Source: Callorhinchus milii (Eukaryota). From it: 64,000 bases of DNA. The position numbers and the translations under genes are program-made. The stretch is from assembly GCF_018977255.1 (NCBI RefSeq), contig NW_024704743.1, positions 65,722,001 to 65,786,000 on the forward strand, written 5' to 3'. Of this stretch, positions 37,096-50,020 are shown piece by piece; the first letter of the stretch is position 1; the number at the start of each line of letters is the position of its first letter. Below the pieces are notes generated by a model. It ran no database searches. It saw only the letters and a program-made list of their open reading frames with translations, and was not told the origin of the DNA.

Positions 37096-38591
37096 AACAT
37101 GCAGGAATATACTGTCTTGTCTCAATTGATATTTTTGAATTGCATAATGACATTTCACTGTAATTTAAAGCAGAGTATAATGATATACATTCTACTTAGA
37201 TTGGTCCTTTCTGAAATAAACTCCATTGCTATTTAACAGCTCTATTGTTACCTATTTCTAAAAGCGAGGAACGTATGGATGTAAAACATCAACAGTGGCT
37301 CACAAAGCAGTTTGTGACCAGTGAATCCCAGATGTGTTGTGGCTCAGTTTCAATTCCTGTGATGTGTGCATCTGAGCAAAATTCCAGAGGGTGAATGTGA
37401 CATATCCACATTTCCTACTTACAAATCGTTTGCGACTGTGACACTTTAGACCCCACTGTAGCAAATCTTCATCGCATGTTGCAGAACAATCACAAAATGA
37501 ATCAATATGGATGTAAATCACATGGGTTTGAAGTCCCGTAAATTAAAAGCACATTTGTTGAGGCATAATCCCAGCAACAGCAACAAAAAACATGGACTTG
37601 GCTGGATGGCAACTCATGGAAAGAATGGGAAATTAGTTGGATGGATTGAAAGCTGGTTTAGAAGTGGGAAACGGTCAGTAATAATAAATGGAAAAAAAAA
37701 TCCCTTTGGGTCACTGACTGACAGAGTTGCTCTAATATGACTGTCTGCATTTCACATCACATTAAGATTTGCCAATTTTCAGTGGTAGCGCCCTGTGTAG
37801 GTGAGAGTCAGTTCTTAATGTTAATAGGAAAATAAATTAGCTTTGATTTTTTTTCTGACTGATATGTTTACTAGAGGAATTTAACAAAAAAATCACAGTG
37901 TTTAACTTTTTAGACATTTCTGATGTTTATTTGCCATTGGTGGTCTTAAACAATGATGTATATATTCCTGCATGTTTCTAATCATACCTATAGGTGAAAA
38001 CAGCGCAGATGACAGGAGGCTAATATAATAAAAGGAAAATCAAGTTAAATGCTCAGCTTTTTCTCCCCTCTGCATGGTAGCACTCCACTCTCAGCTGTGA
38101 ACTGCCAGAACACTTGAGATGTATCAATAACTGAGATGAATGATACAAATTGGGGAGTGGTGCTTTAGTAAAATTACACCCAGCTGATGACTTAGTAACT
38201 CACAAAATCTCTGCAGGCAAAACTATGTTAGCTCTGCCATCATGAAGCCGGAACACAATGTTTCATAAGCACAATAATTATGCTCCAAAGCATTACTCTT
38301 AATGATACATTGTGATATTTTTAGGGGAAGGGCACTGCATTGAACAATCATACTCCTATAACATTATGAAGGGACATATTTGTACATTGATCTGGTCCAT
38401 TAGTGCCCCCCCAACCCACTTTAATATTACCAGTCTTATTTTACAAAGATTCTGCAAAATCCAGTACATTTACAGACCTTGACTATGTTAGCTTACGGTG
38501 TAAGCTCATAATGTGGAGAATAAAATGTTTTCACCTGCCAAGATGTGTACATTTTCTAATCTTTGCAGAAGATTTTATAATGTGTAGATCA

Positions 38592-38708
38592 ACAGAAATT
38601 AATTGCCATTGATAATAATTTAAAGCAACATCACATTGTCTTAAAATAATATAAATGGCAGTATTGTGATGTTGTCTTAAATTATTATGAATAGCAATTA
38701 ATTTCTGT
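38592..38708. repeat. AT-rich inverted repeat, 44-bp arms, 29-bp spacer
   Basis: 38592-38635 vs reverse complement of 38665-38708: 40/44 identical by manual alignment. Confidence 0.9.
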
Positions 38709-38917
38709 AAATTGTAAATTCTGAGATTCTCTATCTAAATATTGCAGATTTACTTTAATATTATACATTTGTCTCTAATTTGACAAGGTTGCTTTACCTG
38801 TTAATTTATGTTGCAACAAAGTCACAATATTTTCTTCAGTTACTCCTTTCTGCTAAAATGGCTCAATAATTTACGGCCCCAGTCCTTGGTCATATTTCTA
38901 CTGCTACATAGGTGGTT

Positions 38918-39490
38918 TAATAATAATAATAATCTTTTCTAAAGGATAAAGGCATTTAGGGATTTGGGAATAGGGCGGGTAAATGGAGTGAGGTTAGAAC
39001 ATCAGCCATGATCTTATTAAATGGTTGGGCAGGCTCGAGGGGCTGAATGGCCTATTCCTGCTCCTACGTCTCATGGTCTTACATTTGATAAAATGTTTTT
39101 TATATGGTGAGGATGTCTCAAAACACTTCATGTTTAGTGATGGTGTATTTTCTAGACCAATGTGGCAGTGAATTTGCACACAGCAATTTCCCACAATGAC
39201 CGTGTCGTGCCCATTCTACCTGGGGGATTGTTGGCCAGAACACCGGGAAAAATTCCCTTTACTTTTTGAATAGTACCGTGGGATCTTTAATGTCCATCTG
39301 AATAGGTAGACAGGATCTCGGGGGTATTAACATTTCATTTGAAGATCAGCACCTTGAACAATGCAGTGCTTCCCCATCATTGTTTTGGAGTGTCAGCCTA
39401 GACAGTGAGTTCAAAGTCCTGACATGGGGCTTGAACCCACAACCTTCTAATTCAGAGAGGAGACTGCTACCAACTAAGCAAGACTGACAC
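38918..39490 (-). mobile_element. Deu-domain SINE (family A), full length, tail split by CR1
   Basis: Head gtgtcagtcttgcttagttgg...gggttcaagcccc; Deu core; tail interrupted at about 38936-39079. Confidence 0.88.
38936..39079 (+). mobile_element. CR1 3' UTR inserted in SINE tail
   Basis: atcagccatgatctt...ggctcgaggggctgaatggcctattcctgctcct CR1 terminus. Confidence 0.85.
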
Positions 39491-40857
39491 ACCATTGACA
39501 GCATCATGATGATAATTGCTCCCATTACAGAATTCCTTGTCTAGACGTATCTATACTTTTATTTCTGATCCAGAAGTTATAATAATAATAATCCTTGCAT
39601 TTGATATAACTCCTTATCACGTCTTTGAGACATCTCAAAGCACTTCAAAGAATATACTGTAAAGTGAATTGACTGTATATTGTGTGGGTGACGTTCTCTT
39701 GTATAGCACCAAATTATAGGTTGGGAAGATTATTCTGTGCATATGAAATCTTCTTGAACCCAAGACTCAAACAGCTGGCCTGAAAGTGTGAATAAGAAAA
39801 TGTGTATTCAAGTTAATGCTGTATAGGTCATTCCAGACAAACAGATGACCTGTTACAACAATCAGATATCGTCAGAGAATATATATGTCCGATTTAGCAG
39901 ATTCCCAGCTATGTCACAAGAGGCCAGCTATCTGTAATAGTTGGAGCCTATATATTGAATATGTGCAGCTACCAGTACCAGTAAGCCTACATGTAGGGAA
40001 TGGGAGAGAAGGACTAACCACTTGATTTTCATACAAATTGCACTCAGGTCTGTAATACTAGAGGAGAGATCACTAAGTAAATGGAGTAGAATGTGTCTTT
40101 TCTTTATAGCAGAGGTAAGTGAGGCATCCACTTCTCCAGAAGAAAAACTAGCACACAAAACACTGGAATAACAGCCTGGGACTCAGACTAAACCAGTACC
40201 CAGAGACATGGGGAAGTTGCAAAACCCAAAAACATTCAGGTTGTCAACCTCTTTATTATCTGATGTAATTCTTGCTCTCTTACCAAGCGCAGCTCATGGG
40301 AATATTTTTTGAGGGAAATAGAAGAGAAAAAAGAATTATGAAATGGAGAACTGGCGTAGCAAAACCAAGCTCAGACCTTGAGTCAGATATGAAATTGGAG
40401 GCCATAAGCCATAATAGTGGGTCCGTAGGAAAACCAGATGTTTGACCAAGAAGGAACACAATGTACATTGTGCTATATTTAATTATAGGGCTACAGATGC
40501 CAAGAGACATACAGGTAAATTTATTGAAAAAAATTCATCCTTTTTCTAATATTGGTCTTGCAATGAAGGTTGAATTGGAGTTCAGGAGAAAGACAAGGAA
40601 CAGAAGCTCAAGAAGCCCAAGCCATAGAGCAAGGATGTCATCCAACAGAGAAAGAAGGATGTTCAAAACTGGCCTTATGGATTGCAGTGGTCTTTGATGT
40701 CCTATACAAACCCTGTCAAATGGGACAGGGAGAATTTGTGATGTACTAAATTACATTACTGGTTAGAAACTGTAATGGTTGGATATGATTCTTGGATAGT
40801 GAAAATTGGAAAGAAAGAACTTACATTTATAAAGAGTCTAATACGCTAAAATATTTC

Positions 40858-42735
40858 AGATAAGACAGGCTAAAAGATTGCATGAGAAGAGGGTAGCGGG
40901 TAACATAAAGGGGAATCCTAAAATATTTTATAAGCACATAAAGGAAAAAAGGTTAGTTAAAGGTAGGGTGGGGCCAATCAAAGACAATGACGGCAATCTT
41001 GTTGTGGAGACAGAGGGCTGATGTACTAAACGAGTACTTTGCATCTGTCTTCACAACGGAAACGGATGCCTCAAATGCCACAGTATTGGATGACAGGGTA
41101 AGGACATAGATCAGATTACTATAGACAGAGAAAAAGTTCTGAAAAGATTGACTGGGCTCAAAATTGATAAGTCACCAGGACCAGATGGGTTTCACCCAAG
41201 GTTGCTGTGGGAGATACCGGTTCAAATAGCGGAGGCTTTGGCCATTATATTTCAATCGTCATTGGACACAGGAGTGGTGCCAAGAGACTGGAGAGTAGCT
41301 AATGTTACCCCACTCTACCAAAAGGGGCAGAAAGACAAGCCCGAAAATTACAGGCCAGTCAGCCTAACTTCGGTAATAGGAAAGCTACTGGAGACCGTAA
41401 TCCGGGACAAAATAAATCTCTACTTAGAGGAACACAAGGTAATTAGAGACAGCCAACATGGATTTGTTAAAGGCAAATCTTGCCTAACAAATCTAATAGA
41501 ATTTTTTGAAGAGGTGACTGCGAGGGTTGATGAGGGAAATGCGGTGGACATTATTTACATGGATTTTTAAAAGGCTTTTGACACAGAGGTTAATAAAAAA
41601 ACTGGAGGCCCACGGTATTAAGGGGACAGTAGCCATTTGGATTAGGAACTGGCTGAGTGACAGAATGCAGAGGGTGGTGGTTAATGGGTGTTTCTCGCAA
41701 TGGAAGGAGGTGTGCAGCGGTGTCCCCCAGGGATCGGTATTGGGACCACTGCTCTTTCTAATATATATTAATGATCTGGACTTGGGCATAGGGAGCACTA
41801 TTTCCAAGTTTGCAGATGATACCAAGTTAGGTAGGGTAGTAAATAGTGAAGAAGATTGTGACGGACTGCAGGCAGACATACACAGAATGGTGGAATGGGC
41901 TGACATGTGGCAGATGGATTTCAATGTAGATAAGTGCGAGGTGATACACTTAGGTAGGAAAAATGATAGGAGGCAATATAGGCTTGGTAGCTCAATCTTA
42001 AGGGGGGTGAACGTACAGAGAGATCTGGGTGTTCAAGTAAGCGATTCATTGAAGGTGGCAGAGCAGGTAGATAGGGCAGTAAAACGGGCATTTGGTATAC
42101 TGAGCTTCATTAGTAGGGGCATAGAGTATAAGAGTAGGGAGGTTATGCTTAATCGGTACAAAACACTGGTTAGGCCTCAGCTGGAGTACTGCGTCCAGTT
42201 CTGGGCACCTTACCTCAGGAAGGATATTAAGGCACTGGAAAGGGTGCAGGAGATTCACGAGAATGATACCAGAAATGGGGAACCTTAGCTATGAGGACAG
42301 GCTGGAAAAGTTAGGAATTTTCTCATTAGAGCAGAGAAGGTTACGCGGGGACCTGATAGAGGTCTTCAAGATCATGAAAGGTTTCGACAGGCTGGATAAG
42401 GAAAGGCTGTTTCCGTTGGTAGGTGTGTCTGTGACTTGTGGTCACAGTCTTAAGATATCTACCAAAAGAAGCAGAGGGGAGGTTAGAAGAAATTTTTTCA
42501 CTCAGCGAGTTATTCGAATTTGGAATGATCTGCCTGAAAGGGTAGTGAAGTCCGATTCGATAACAGCTTTTAAGAGAGAACTGGATAGGTATCTGGAGAA
42601 GGCAGGTTTGCAGGGTTATGGGGAGAAAGCTGGTGAGTGGGGTTAATAAAAGTCAGTTGCTCTGTCAAAGAGCCGGCACAGACTCGATGGGCCGAATGGC
42701 CTCCTTCTGTGCTGTAACATTTTGTGATTCTATGA
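40858..42735 (+). mobile_element. CR1 LINE, 5'-truncated, near-intact ORF2 RT region
   Basis: ORFs 41148-41570, 41527-42288, 42263-42646: KSPGPDGFHPR, NYRPVSLTS, GVPQGSVLGPLLF, FADDTKL, QFWAPYLRKD; a few stops and frameshifts; 3' tail gggccgaatggcctccttctgtgctgtaa...attctatgat; sits inside an old minus-strand SINE. Confidence 0.97.
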
Positions 42736-43126
42736 TAATTTACTCTCAAGTATAGTGACCATTTCTGTTTGCAAATGTGACAGATAGTTTGCACACAGCA
42801 AGTTTTAACAAACTTCCTGGGCGTGCAGCAGAGAAGTTTCCATTGTGAAGTCCAGGGCCAAAAGATACATTTATGATAAACAGAGGAAGCACTGTAGGGA
42901 GGGAGGGCTCTGCCCTACACTGACTTGTTGCTGAGCTGTGCTGCTCAACTGGATCTTGCATGGAGTTCCTCCCCTCTTACCCTGATTTGAGGTTAATCTC
43001 CACCACTGTTAAGCGCTCTGAGACACTACCCAGTGTGAAAAATGCCATATAATAAGAACAACTTGCATTTATATAGTGCCCCTCATGCAAGGTAGTGTCT
43101 CAGAAATGCAAGTTGTAGTTGTTGTT

Positions 43127-43470
43127 CCTGCCATCCACTTTGTGTAAATTAATGTTAAATCAATGCCTTCTAGTCACCGACTCACCAACCAATGGAAATA
43201 AATGTTCCTTATCAACGCTATCAAAATGCCTCATAATTTTAAAACCCTCAAGCAGGTCTTCTCTCAACCTTCTCTGTTCCAATGAAAATAGGCCCAGTTC
43301 CTCTAGTTTCTGCTCACAGGTCACACCACTCATCCCTGGTATCATATTAGTAAATCTCTGCACCCTCTCTATAACCCTGACATCCTTGCTAAAGTGGGGC
43401 AACTAAACTGGAAACAATACTCTAACTACAATTTAACTCATGTTTAATACAGGTTAAGCATCACCTATTT
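43127..43470 (-). mobile_element. CR1 ORF2 fragment
   Basis: ORF 43160-43402 ERVQRFTNMIPGM...LGLFSLEQRRLREDL. Confidence 0.85.
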
Positions 43471-44689
43471 AGTATGCCCATGTATGTTATGACAGCTAGA
43501 AGTCTTTGACTCAGACACAAGATCTTCTCAGGGCAGAGGTCTTCTGAGTTGACGTGATGTTTTCCGTGCAGAAAACTCATTTCACCCTGGGAGGCATTTT
43601 TACCAACAGTGCCTGTGAAGTTAAAGACTTTGAAGAATTAAATTTTTTAAACTCCAATGACATAGACAAATATTCGGCATACAACAGCTTCTAACCCAAG
43701 AAATAATCATTGATCAAACTTTTAAGTCAACCAGAAAGATTTAATTTCAGTGATGACTAATGTCTGGAGATGTCAGGAGAAAGCCCAGTTAAAAGTTATG
43801 GATCCTGTTCTTTTTCAGTATTAATGTATAACACAGATCCATTATAAGACAGATAGTTTAGGCCTTACTTAATTGGAATAGTTCAACTATTAATTTATGA
43901 GGAAGACTGACTCAGTTCGTAACACGCGAGTCTCTATTTTCTGTTGGGTGAGTGAGTTTAAAACCCCCTACAAGTTTTGGCTTTAAACTTGCCAGTCTTA
44001 GATTGTCTAAGAAATTCCAGTCTCTCTGCAGAGTGAATTGCTCCAACAAAGAGTACAAGATTTTGTTTGGAGGAAAATAATAAGAAGGGAGTCAAACATG
44101 TCCCAGGATTTGTTTTATTAGTGGAGTTAATGTAGAACATTTCTGAATGGGAGAATAGAACCAAGAGACATGTTGATGAGTTAAGGAATCTTCAAGCTAA
44201 ACAGAACATGAAGAGTAACTACACAACAACTATGTGTGTTGGCTCATAGAACACATTTTGGGTAGTGAGTGGGAAGCATTTGAACAAGAAATGGAAGTGG
44301 GTATGAGTAAGCAGGGAGTAGAGGCTATAACTTTTGCCATTGAGGCAGCAGGGAGAGAGAAGACAGAGATAGAAAATATAAGCTTGTCTGAGTGAGTCTT
44401 GTTCAGAGGCTAAATATAGACTAAGCTGGAAAGACTGAATAGCAGGTTCTTGGTTTTATTTTCTCAGGTCCATGGGGAGAATTGGGGAGAGTAATTGTGT
44501 ATGACATTTAAAAATTCATGAGGCTTTCATTGAAACCTCAACGCAAATTATAGATTCTTAACAAAACACTTCCCTGGAATCCATTTGCCCAAAGAGACTT
44601 TGAGCTTTGTCACTTGTGGAGGTGCTTTGCTTTTGAATGAACCACACTGGGCTGCCAAAGGCTTTCTGGGACCACCAGTAACTGCTGCC

Positions 44690-45380
44690 TGTCACTCTTG
44701 CACAAGAGAGATGATGCTTGACTTGGCTGTATCTTGTAGGTGAGATCTCAAAGCCTCCACAGCTGCAGTGGAAGCATTCCCAAGCGATGTTCCAACTCTG
44801 TCTAAGACCGAAAATGCAATCTTCACTGCACATACAGCCAGTGTTTCAATAGTAGACCGCAAACCATTGAACTGGATGTTAGTGATGGCACCGCATATCT
44901 GGGCATGGATTGTAGAATGCTATATCAGCTTGCCTTTCAAATGCCTTTCATGGAGATGGATGTTCAAGGACTTAACATGAGTCCAGGAGAAATTAGAGTT
45001 ATTATAATAATATTTTTGTATCTGATATAGTCCCTTACCATATCATCAAGATGTCTCTAAGCATTTTACAGGATTTACTGTAAAGTCTAGTTACTGTGTA
45101 TTTGTAGGTAAGTACGGCAGGCAATTTGCTCTTGATCTGCCTTCTCTTGTTGGTAGGCTGCCCTTCTGTGCCATAAATGTGGCCATGTGTCCTAATGCCT
45201 GTTTCCACCAAAGCTTATGGCACCTCTTTGGTCAATTGTGGCACATTCCCAGTGCCATCAGAAAATTCATTCTCCAAAGTGAAATTGGGAACTTTATCAA
45301 TGCCTGATACATTGTCCCTTAGGACAACATTGCCATTTCTCACAAGAAAATCAGGTTCACATATATATTCATCATTTCTA
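44690..45380 (-). pseudogene. Possible relic of a PIF/Harbinger Myb/SANT-type ORF, interrupted by a SINE fragment at about 45003-45130
   Basis: Long minus-strand frames with single stops (PNFTLENEFSDGTGNVPQL...GTEGQPTNKRRQ; KGKLI*...IHAQICGAITNI...LDRVGTSL..STAAVEAL) recall C-termini of chondrichthyan Harbinger accessory proteins; recalled resemblance only. Confidence 0.3.
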
Positions 45381-46664
45381 AAAGCAATTTGCACAACTTT
45401 ATTCATATTTTCAATTGAAATGAAAATGTGACAGAAATGTAATTGATACAATCCAACATGTAATTGATACAATCCAATCCAATGTGAAGAGTTAAGTTAA
45501 CACAGTGCCAAAAGGATACACACCTACATTTATATCTTTGGTTTCGTATTCAGCATTCATTGAGTTCCCTGATTGTGAGGCTTGAGATCTTATCAAAAGG
45601 TTAATTGATGGCACAAATAAAAGAACCTGATTGTATGTAAGTGCAACTTCCTTGTGAATTATATAAGTCAGTCTAATAATAAATGTCAGTTTGACAAAGA
45701 AGAACTGACTGGATCCGTACATTCTGTACATAAACCTCTCAAGATCACTTGGTAATTGCTGCTTAATTATAGCTATCAGTTTCTTGAAAATGTACAGCTA
45801 CCGAAGCATTACGTACAGAAAGGCTGTTCTTCTGATAAATAGGAAATGAATAAAGCTTTCGCAGCAATTTATAATGGTAAAGGAGATGATCAAACAGGAA
45901 AAAACAAAGGGAATCCATTTAGACATCCCAGAAACATTGAACACATTTAATAGGTAGGTTTAGTGCAAAGATGGATACATTTATGTCTTCAGATTCATCG
46001 TGGCACTACTTTAATATCGTCTTGCAAGTTATACCAAGACACAGATATGGCAAGTTCAGGATTAATAACAACTTATTTACTTTTCTGGAATAAGTGTGTG
46101 GCAGGGTTTCTCATGGACAATCTCAGACTGAACCTCTCAGAGCAGACCCGGGTTGGCTTTCCATTGCCAAGTCTGGATGGAGGGCTGCATACAGATGAAT
46201 AAAAGAAAAGCAGTTCATCAACCAATGAAACAGGCCACATGCTATACTGGAATCAGATACAGTTATACACAAGAAGCTCTGATTCATTAGGTTTTAATCT
46301 GCATATAGTGGAGCATGGTAAATGAAGACTCCCGTTTCATTCATATTAATATAGGAAGACATGGTGATAGTAAGCCATGTTAGTTACAAATAAACCATTA
46401 ATCTGTCTAGTTTACACCCAACTTCCAAATTTATTTTTTCAACACATCCATCTGATCACTTAATGACCCTGAATCTTTCTAACCTTTAGGTATTTATCTG
46501 GTTCCTTCTTAAAACCTTTACCCCTTTCCATCACCAGTGTTGATAGTTTGTTACACATGCCTATCATATTTTAAAAACAGAAACAAATTCTTCTGCTCTG
46601 TGTTTTTTTTAAATTTTAGCCCTTGTTCTTTAGTTTTCAACAAGGTAAAAAAATGTTTTTCTTT

Positions 46665-47010
46665 GGTCAACCAGGTGTCTCACACATGTGGAACCCCATC
46701 ACTGTGCTTCAGAGTATCCAAACCACACTGAGGCTTCCACATATATATGCAAATGACACATGGAAATTTCCCTGTATGTGGAATGGAATTCACCCTGTTT
46801 CTCTGGAGGATGCATCGTATTAAATGTAGGAGGTGAGAGCCAAGGCTTGGGGACCACAGAGTAAGTATTGTGGTACTACTGGAATCCAACCAACTTAAAC
46901 TGCACAGCTAGCCATTGAGAGTATTGTCTGGCAAGCTTGGTTCAGTTAGGAGCACCAATTTGCTTGCAGGGTTAACAAGAGCAGAGTGGAAAGAATCCTC
47001 GTTGCCAGTG
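46665..47010 (-). mobile_element. Unclassified repeat family X, 3' part
   Basis: cacatgtggaacccc...agagtatccaaaccacactgag...ggaccacagag...gcttgcagggttaacaagagcagagtggaaga matches 27130-27500. Confidence 0.8.
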
Positions 47011-47050
47011 AAATTTTTTTATCAAAACCATTCATATTATTAAACATATT

Positions 47051-47577
47051 ATAAGACCATAAGATGTAGGAGCAGGAGTCGGCTATTCGGCCCCTCGAAT
47101 ATCTTCTAACTAATTCCATTTACCTACCCTATTCCCCATATCCCTTAATCCCTCAATCCTTTAGAAATCTATCAACCTCAGTCTTGAATATGTTCAAGGA
47201 CTAAGCATCCACAGCCTTCTGGGGTAGAGAATTCCATAAATTTACTAACCTCTGAGTGAAGAAATATTTCCTCAACTCAGTTCGAAAAGGCTGACCATTA
47301 ATCTTGAGACTATGACCCCTAGTTTTAGATTCTCCAACCAGGGGAAACAGTCTCACGGCATCTACCCTGTCAAGACCCTTAAGAATCTTATAGGTTTCTA
47401 TAGGATCACCTCTAATTCTTCTACATTCTAGAGAATATAGGTCTAGTTTACTCAACCTATCCTCATAGGTCAATCCCCTCATCCCAGGAACCAATCTAGT
47501 GAATCTACGCTGCACCCCATCTAAGGCGAGTATGTTCTTTCTTAAATAAGGAGACCAAAACTGCACACAATATTCTA
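47051..47577 (-). mobile_element. CR1 LINE 3' end
   Basis: ORF 47201-47566 QFWSPYLRKNILALDGVQRRFTRLVPG...WNSLPQKAVDA; tail at left. Confidence 0.95.
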
Positions 47578-48517
47578 TTCTATCAATTTCTTTGTCCTCA
47601 GTATTCTCTTTCCAAGAGAAATATGTCTTGGTGTGGCCAATCTTTCATCATAGCTCTGCCCACTACGTTCTAGAATTGATCTGCTGCCCTCCCTTTAACA
47701 ACTGAATATCTGTTCTGAAATAGTGAGACAAAACAAAAGTATTAGAAGCTTATGGCAGGCATATGACTTGGTAGAGAGCCAGTGACATTTTTCACCCACA
47801 AATATACAGTCAATTCACTTTACAGTCTAATTCTGTGAAATGCATTGAGATGTCGAGAAGACGTAAAAAGCGCTATATGAAATGCAAGGATTATTTTTAT
47901 TATATTAGATTATTTTATTATTTATTTAATCCAGCAGTACTGGATTAATTATATTACATTACTTCCTTATCTCTGAACACATTGCCTAATCTGACATCAC
48001 TACACATGCTCTGACCTGACACATCCCTCAACACAGAGAGGGAGCGAGAAAAGACAGAAGAGAATTGAAAGGTGCTTGAATAGTGGAAAGGCCACATAAC
48101 TACCATCAAATTCATAATGTGATGTAAATTGTGTTTCTACAGGAAAGCCACTCCAACTCACAAGACATCAATTCAGAGATGATCTCAGAGCCAATGTCAC
48201 ATGACATAAAGGGGTTTCCCTACAGAAATCACAGTTCATCTCAGGGAACTTTTTCTGGCAGTTAGAGTTTTTAAGCATACTTTTAATCCAATTTAAAGAG
48301 AGAAAGTCAGGGAGATATATTTGTTCTTTTATTCCATAAAATGTATTTAAACCCATTCTGCTATTTCTATTATTTCTTACAATCTTTATGTTTGTTTTCT
48401 TCCTGAACTGTTGAAGGAGTTCTGTGAATAAATTATTTACTTTATCTTCTCACTACAGATAGTTATTTGTTTGAGAGACTGCTTGCCAGGTTGCAAAATA
48501 GGAACCTACACTTTGGA

Positions 48518-48951
48518 TAATAATAATCCTTGCATTTGATATAGAGCCTTATCGCATCGTCAAGACATCGCAAAGAGCTTTAGAGGATATACTGTAAAGT
48601 GGAGTCACTGTGTATTTTGTGGGGGCAATGTAGTAGCCAGTTTGCACAAAGAAATGTTCCACATACAGCCATGGAAAGAAGGACCAATCTTATTTGGGGG
48701 ATTGTTGGCGAGGACAGCTGGAGAAATCTCCTTCTCATTTCAAATAGTGCCAATGGATCTTTAACATTCACCTGTAAAGGCAGATGGGACATTGGTTTAA
48801 CTTGTCTTCTGAAGGACGGCACTTCTGACATTGGAACACGTCCCCAGAACTGCATTGGAGTGTCAGCTCAGATTACGTGATTCCAAGTCCCAACGTGGGG
48901 CTTGAACCTACAACCTTCTGACTCACAGGCAGCATTGAGCCAGGTTAACAC
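48518..48951 (-). mobile_element. Deu-domain SINE (family A), full length
   Basis: Head cctggctcaa...ggttcaagcccc, Deu core gaagtgccgtccttcag...aagatccattggcactatttg, (att)n tail. Confidence 0.9.
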
Positions 48952-49129
48952 TCAATGGGGAACATGGTACACCTTCCACTTTCTATCACATACTTTTATT
49001 GGGTTTCACCTAGGCCAGTACATATGAAAAGAATGCTACACAAGAGGAAGCCCTAGAATAAACCCCTGGTTTTCCTAGTCAACATTTCTCTCAATTTATT
49101 GTTTGTTTACCTCATGACTAGTTGCTTAC

Positions 49130-49440
49130 ATAGACTGTAAAACACGGAAATAAGCCATTCATCCCAACTAGTCCGCGCTGGTGTTTTATACTCCACATGA
49201 GTCTCTACTCACTCCTTTCCCCTCCTATACCTTACTGTTCCTTTCTATATCTGAGTGAAAGGTGCTATGTCAAATGCAATGACTATCCAGCTTCCTCTTA
49301 AATGAATCTATACCATCTGCTTCAACCACTGCTTTGGACAGCGAGTTCTACATTCTCACTGCTCTCTGTATGAAGAAGTTCCTCCTAAATTCTCTTTTAA
49401 TTATTTAGATCCCCCTTTAGATCTTGTACTTGTGACCCTT
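49130..49440 (-). mobile_element. Old CR1 3' end
   Basis: gccattcatcccaactagtcc, gcttcaaccact...gagttctacattctcactgctctctgtatgaagaag. Confidence 0.7.
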
Positions 49441-49624
49441 GGGACTTTGCTGTGCTGCTGTTCATGAGTTCAAAATGGCTGCTGTGTTTGCTTTCAAAAT
49501 CAAACTGCATTCGGCAATGGTTACTGTTAAGTGTTTTGCAAGGTTTTGATGTAATAAGGCTTCATCAAAATGCTAGTTTTATTTTCTTTCTGCCTGACTA
49601 TTTCAACAAACTCTGTTAAATTAA

Positions 49625-50020
49625 ATAATAATGCTGACATTTGATGTAGTGCTTTTCATGTCAGGAAGACATCTCAAAGTGCTTCACAAGATATACTGGA
49701 AAGTCTGACTGTATTTTGTAGTCGGACATGGCAGCCATTTTCTACAGAGCAATGTCCCACAAGCAGTCATGAATGGCCAGTGCTGTTTGGGAAATTGTTG
49801 GCTGGGTCCCTTTTCAAATAATACCATGAGACCCTTAATGTTCACCTAAAATAGACAGACTTAGTTTAATGTCTCATCCGAAGGACGGCACCTCCAACAC
49901 AGTAGCACACCCCAACATAAGAGTATAATCTTAACTAAATGAATTCAAAATCCCAACATGGAGCTTGAACCCACAATCTTTCGATTCACAAGCAAAAGTG
50001 CTACCGACTAAGCCAGGCTG
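49625..50020 (-). mobile_element. Deu-domain SINE (family A), full length
   Basis: Head cagcctggcttagtcggtagcac...gggttcaagctcc; ggaggtgccgtccttcggatgagacattaaac core. Confidence 0.88.

Noticed and set aside
40095..40120. Microexon or recursive splice site (ttttctttatagcagagGTAAGT)
   Set aside because: A 5-nt or 2-nt exon breaks frame, the GAG acceptor is poor, and such motifs are expected by chance in 64 kb.
41148..42646. Functional reverse-transcriptase gene or novel RT system
   Set aside because: It is an ordinary 5'-truncated CR1 ORF2 with stops and frameshifts and no endonuclease domain or ORF1.
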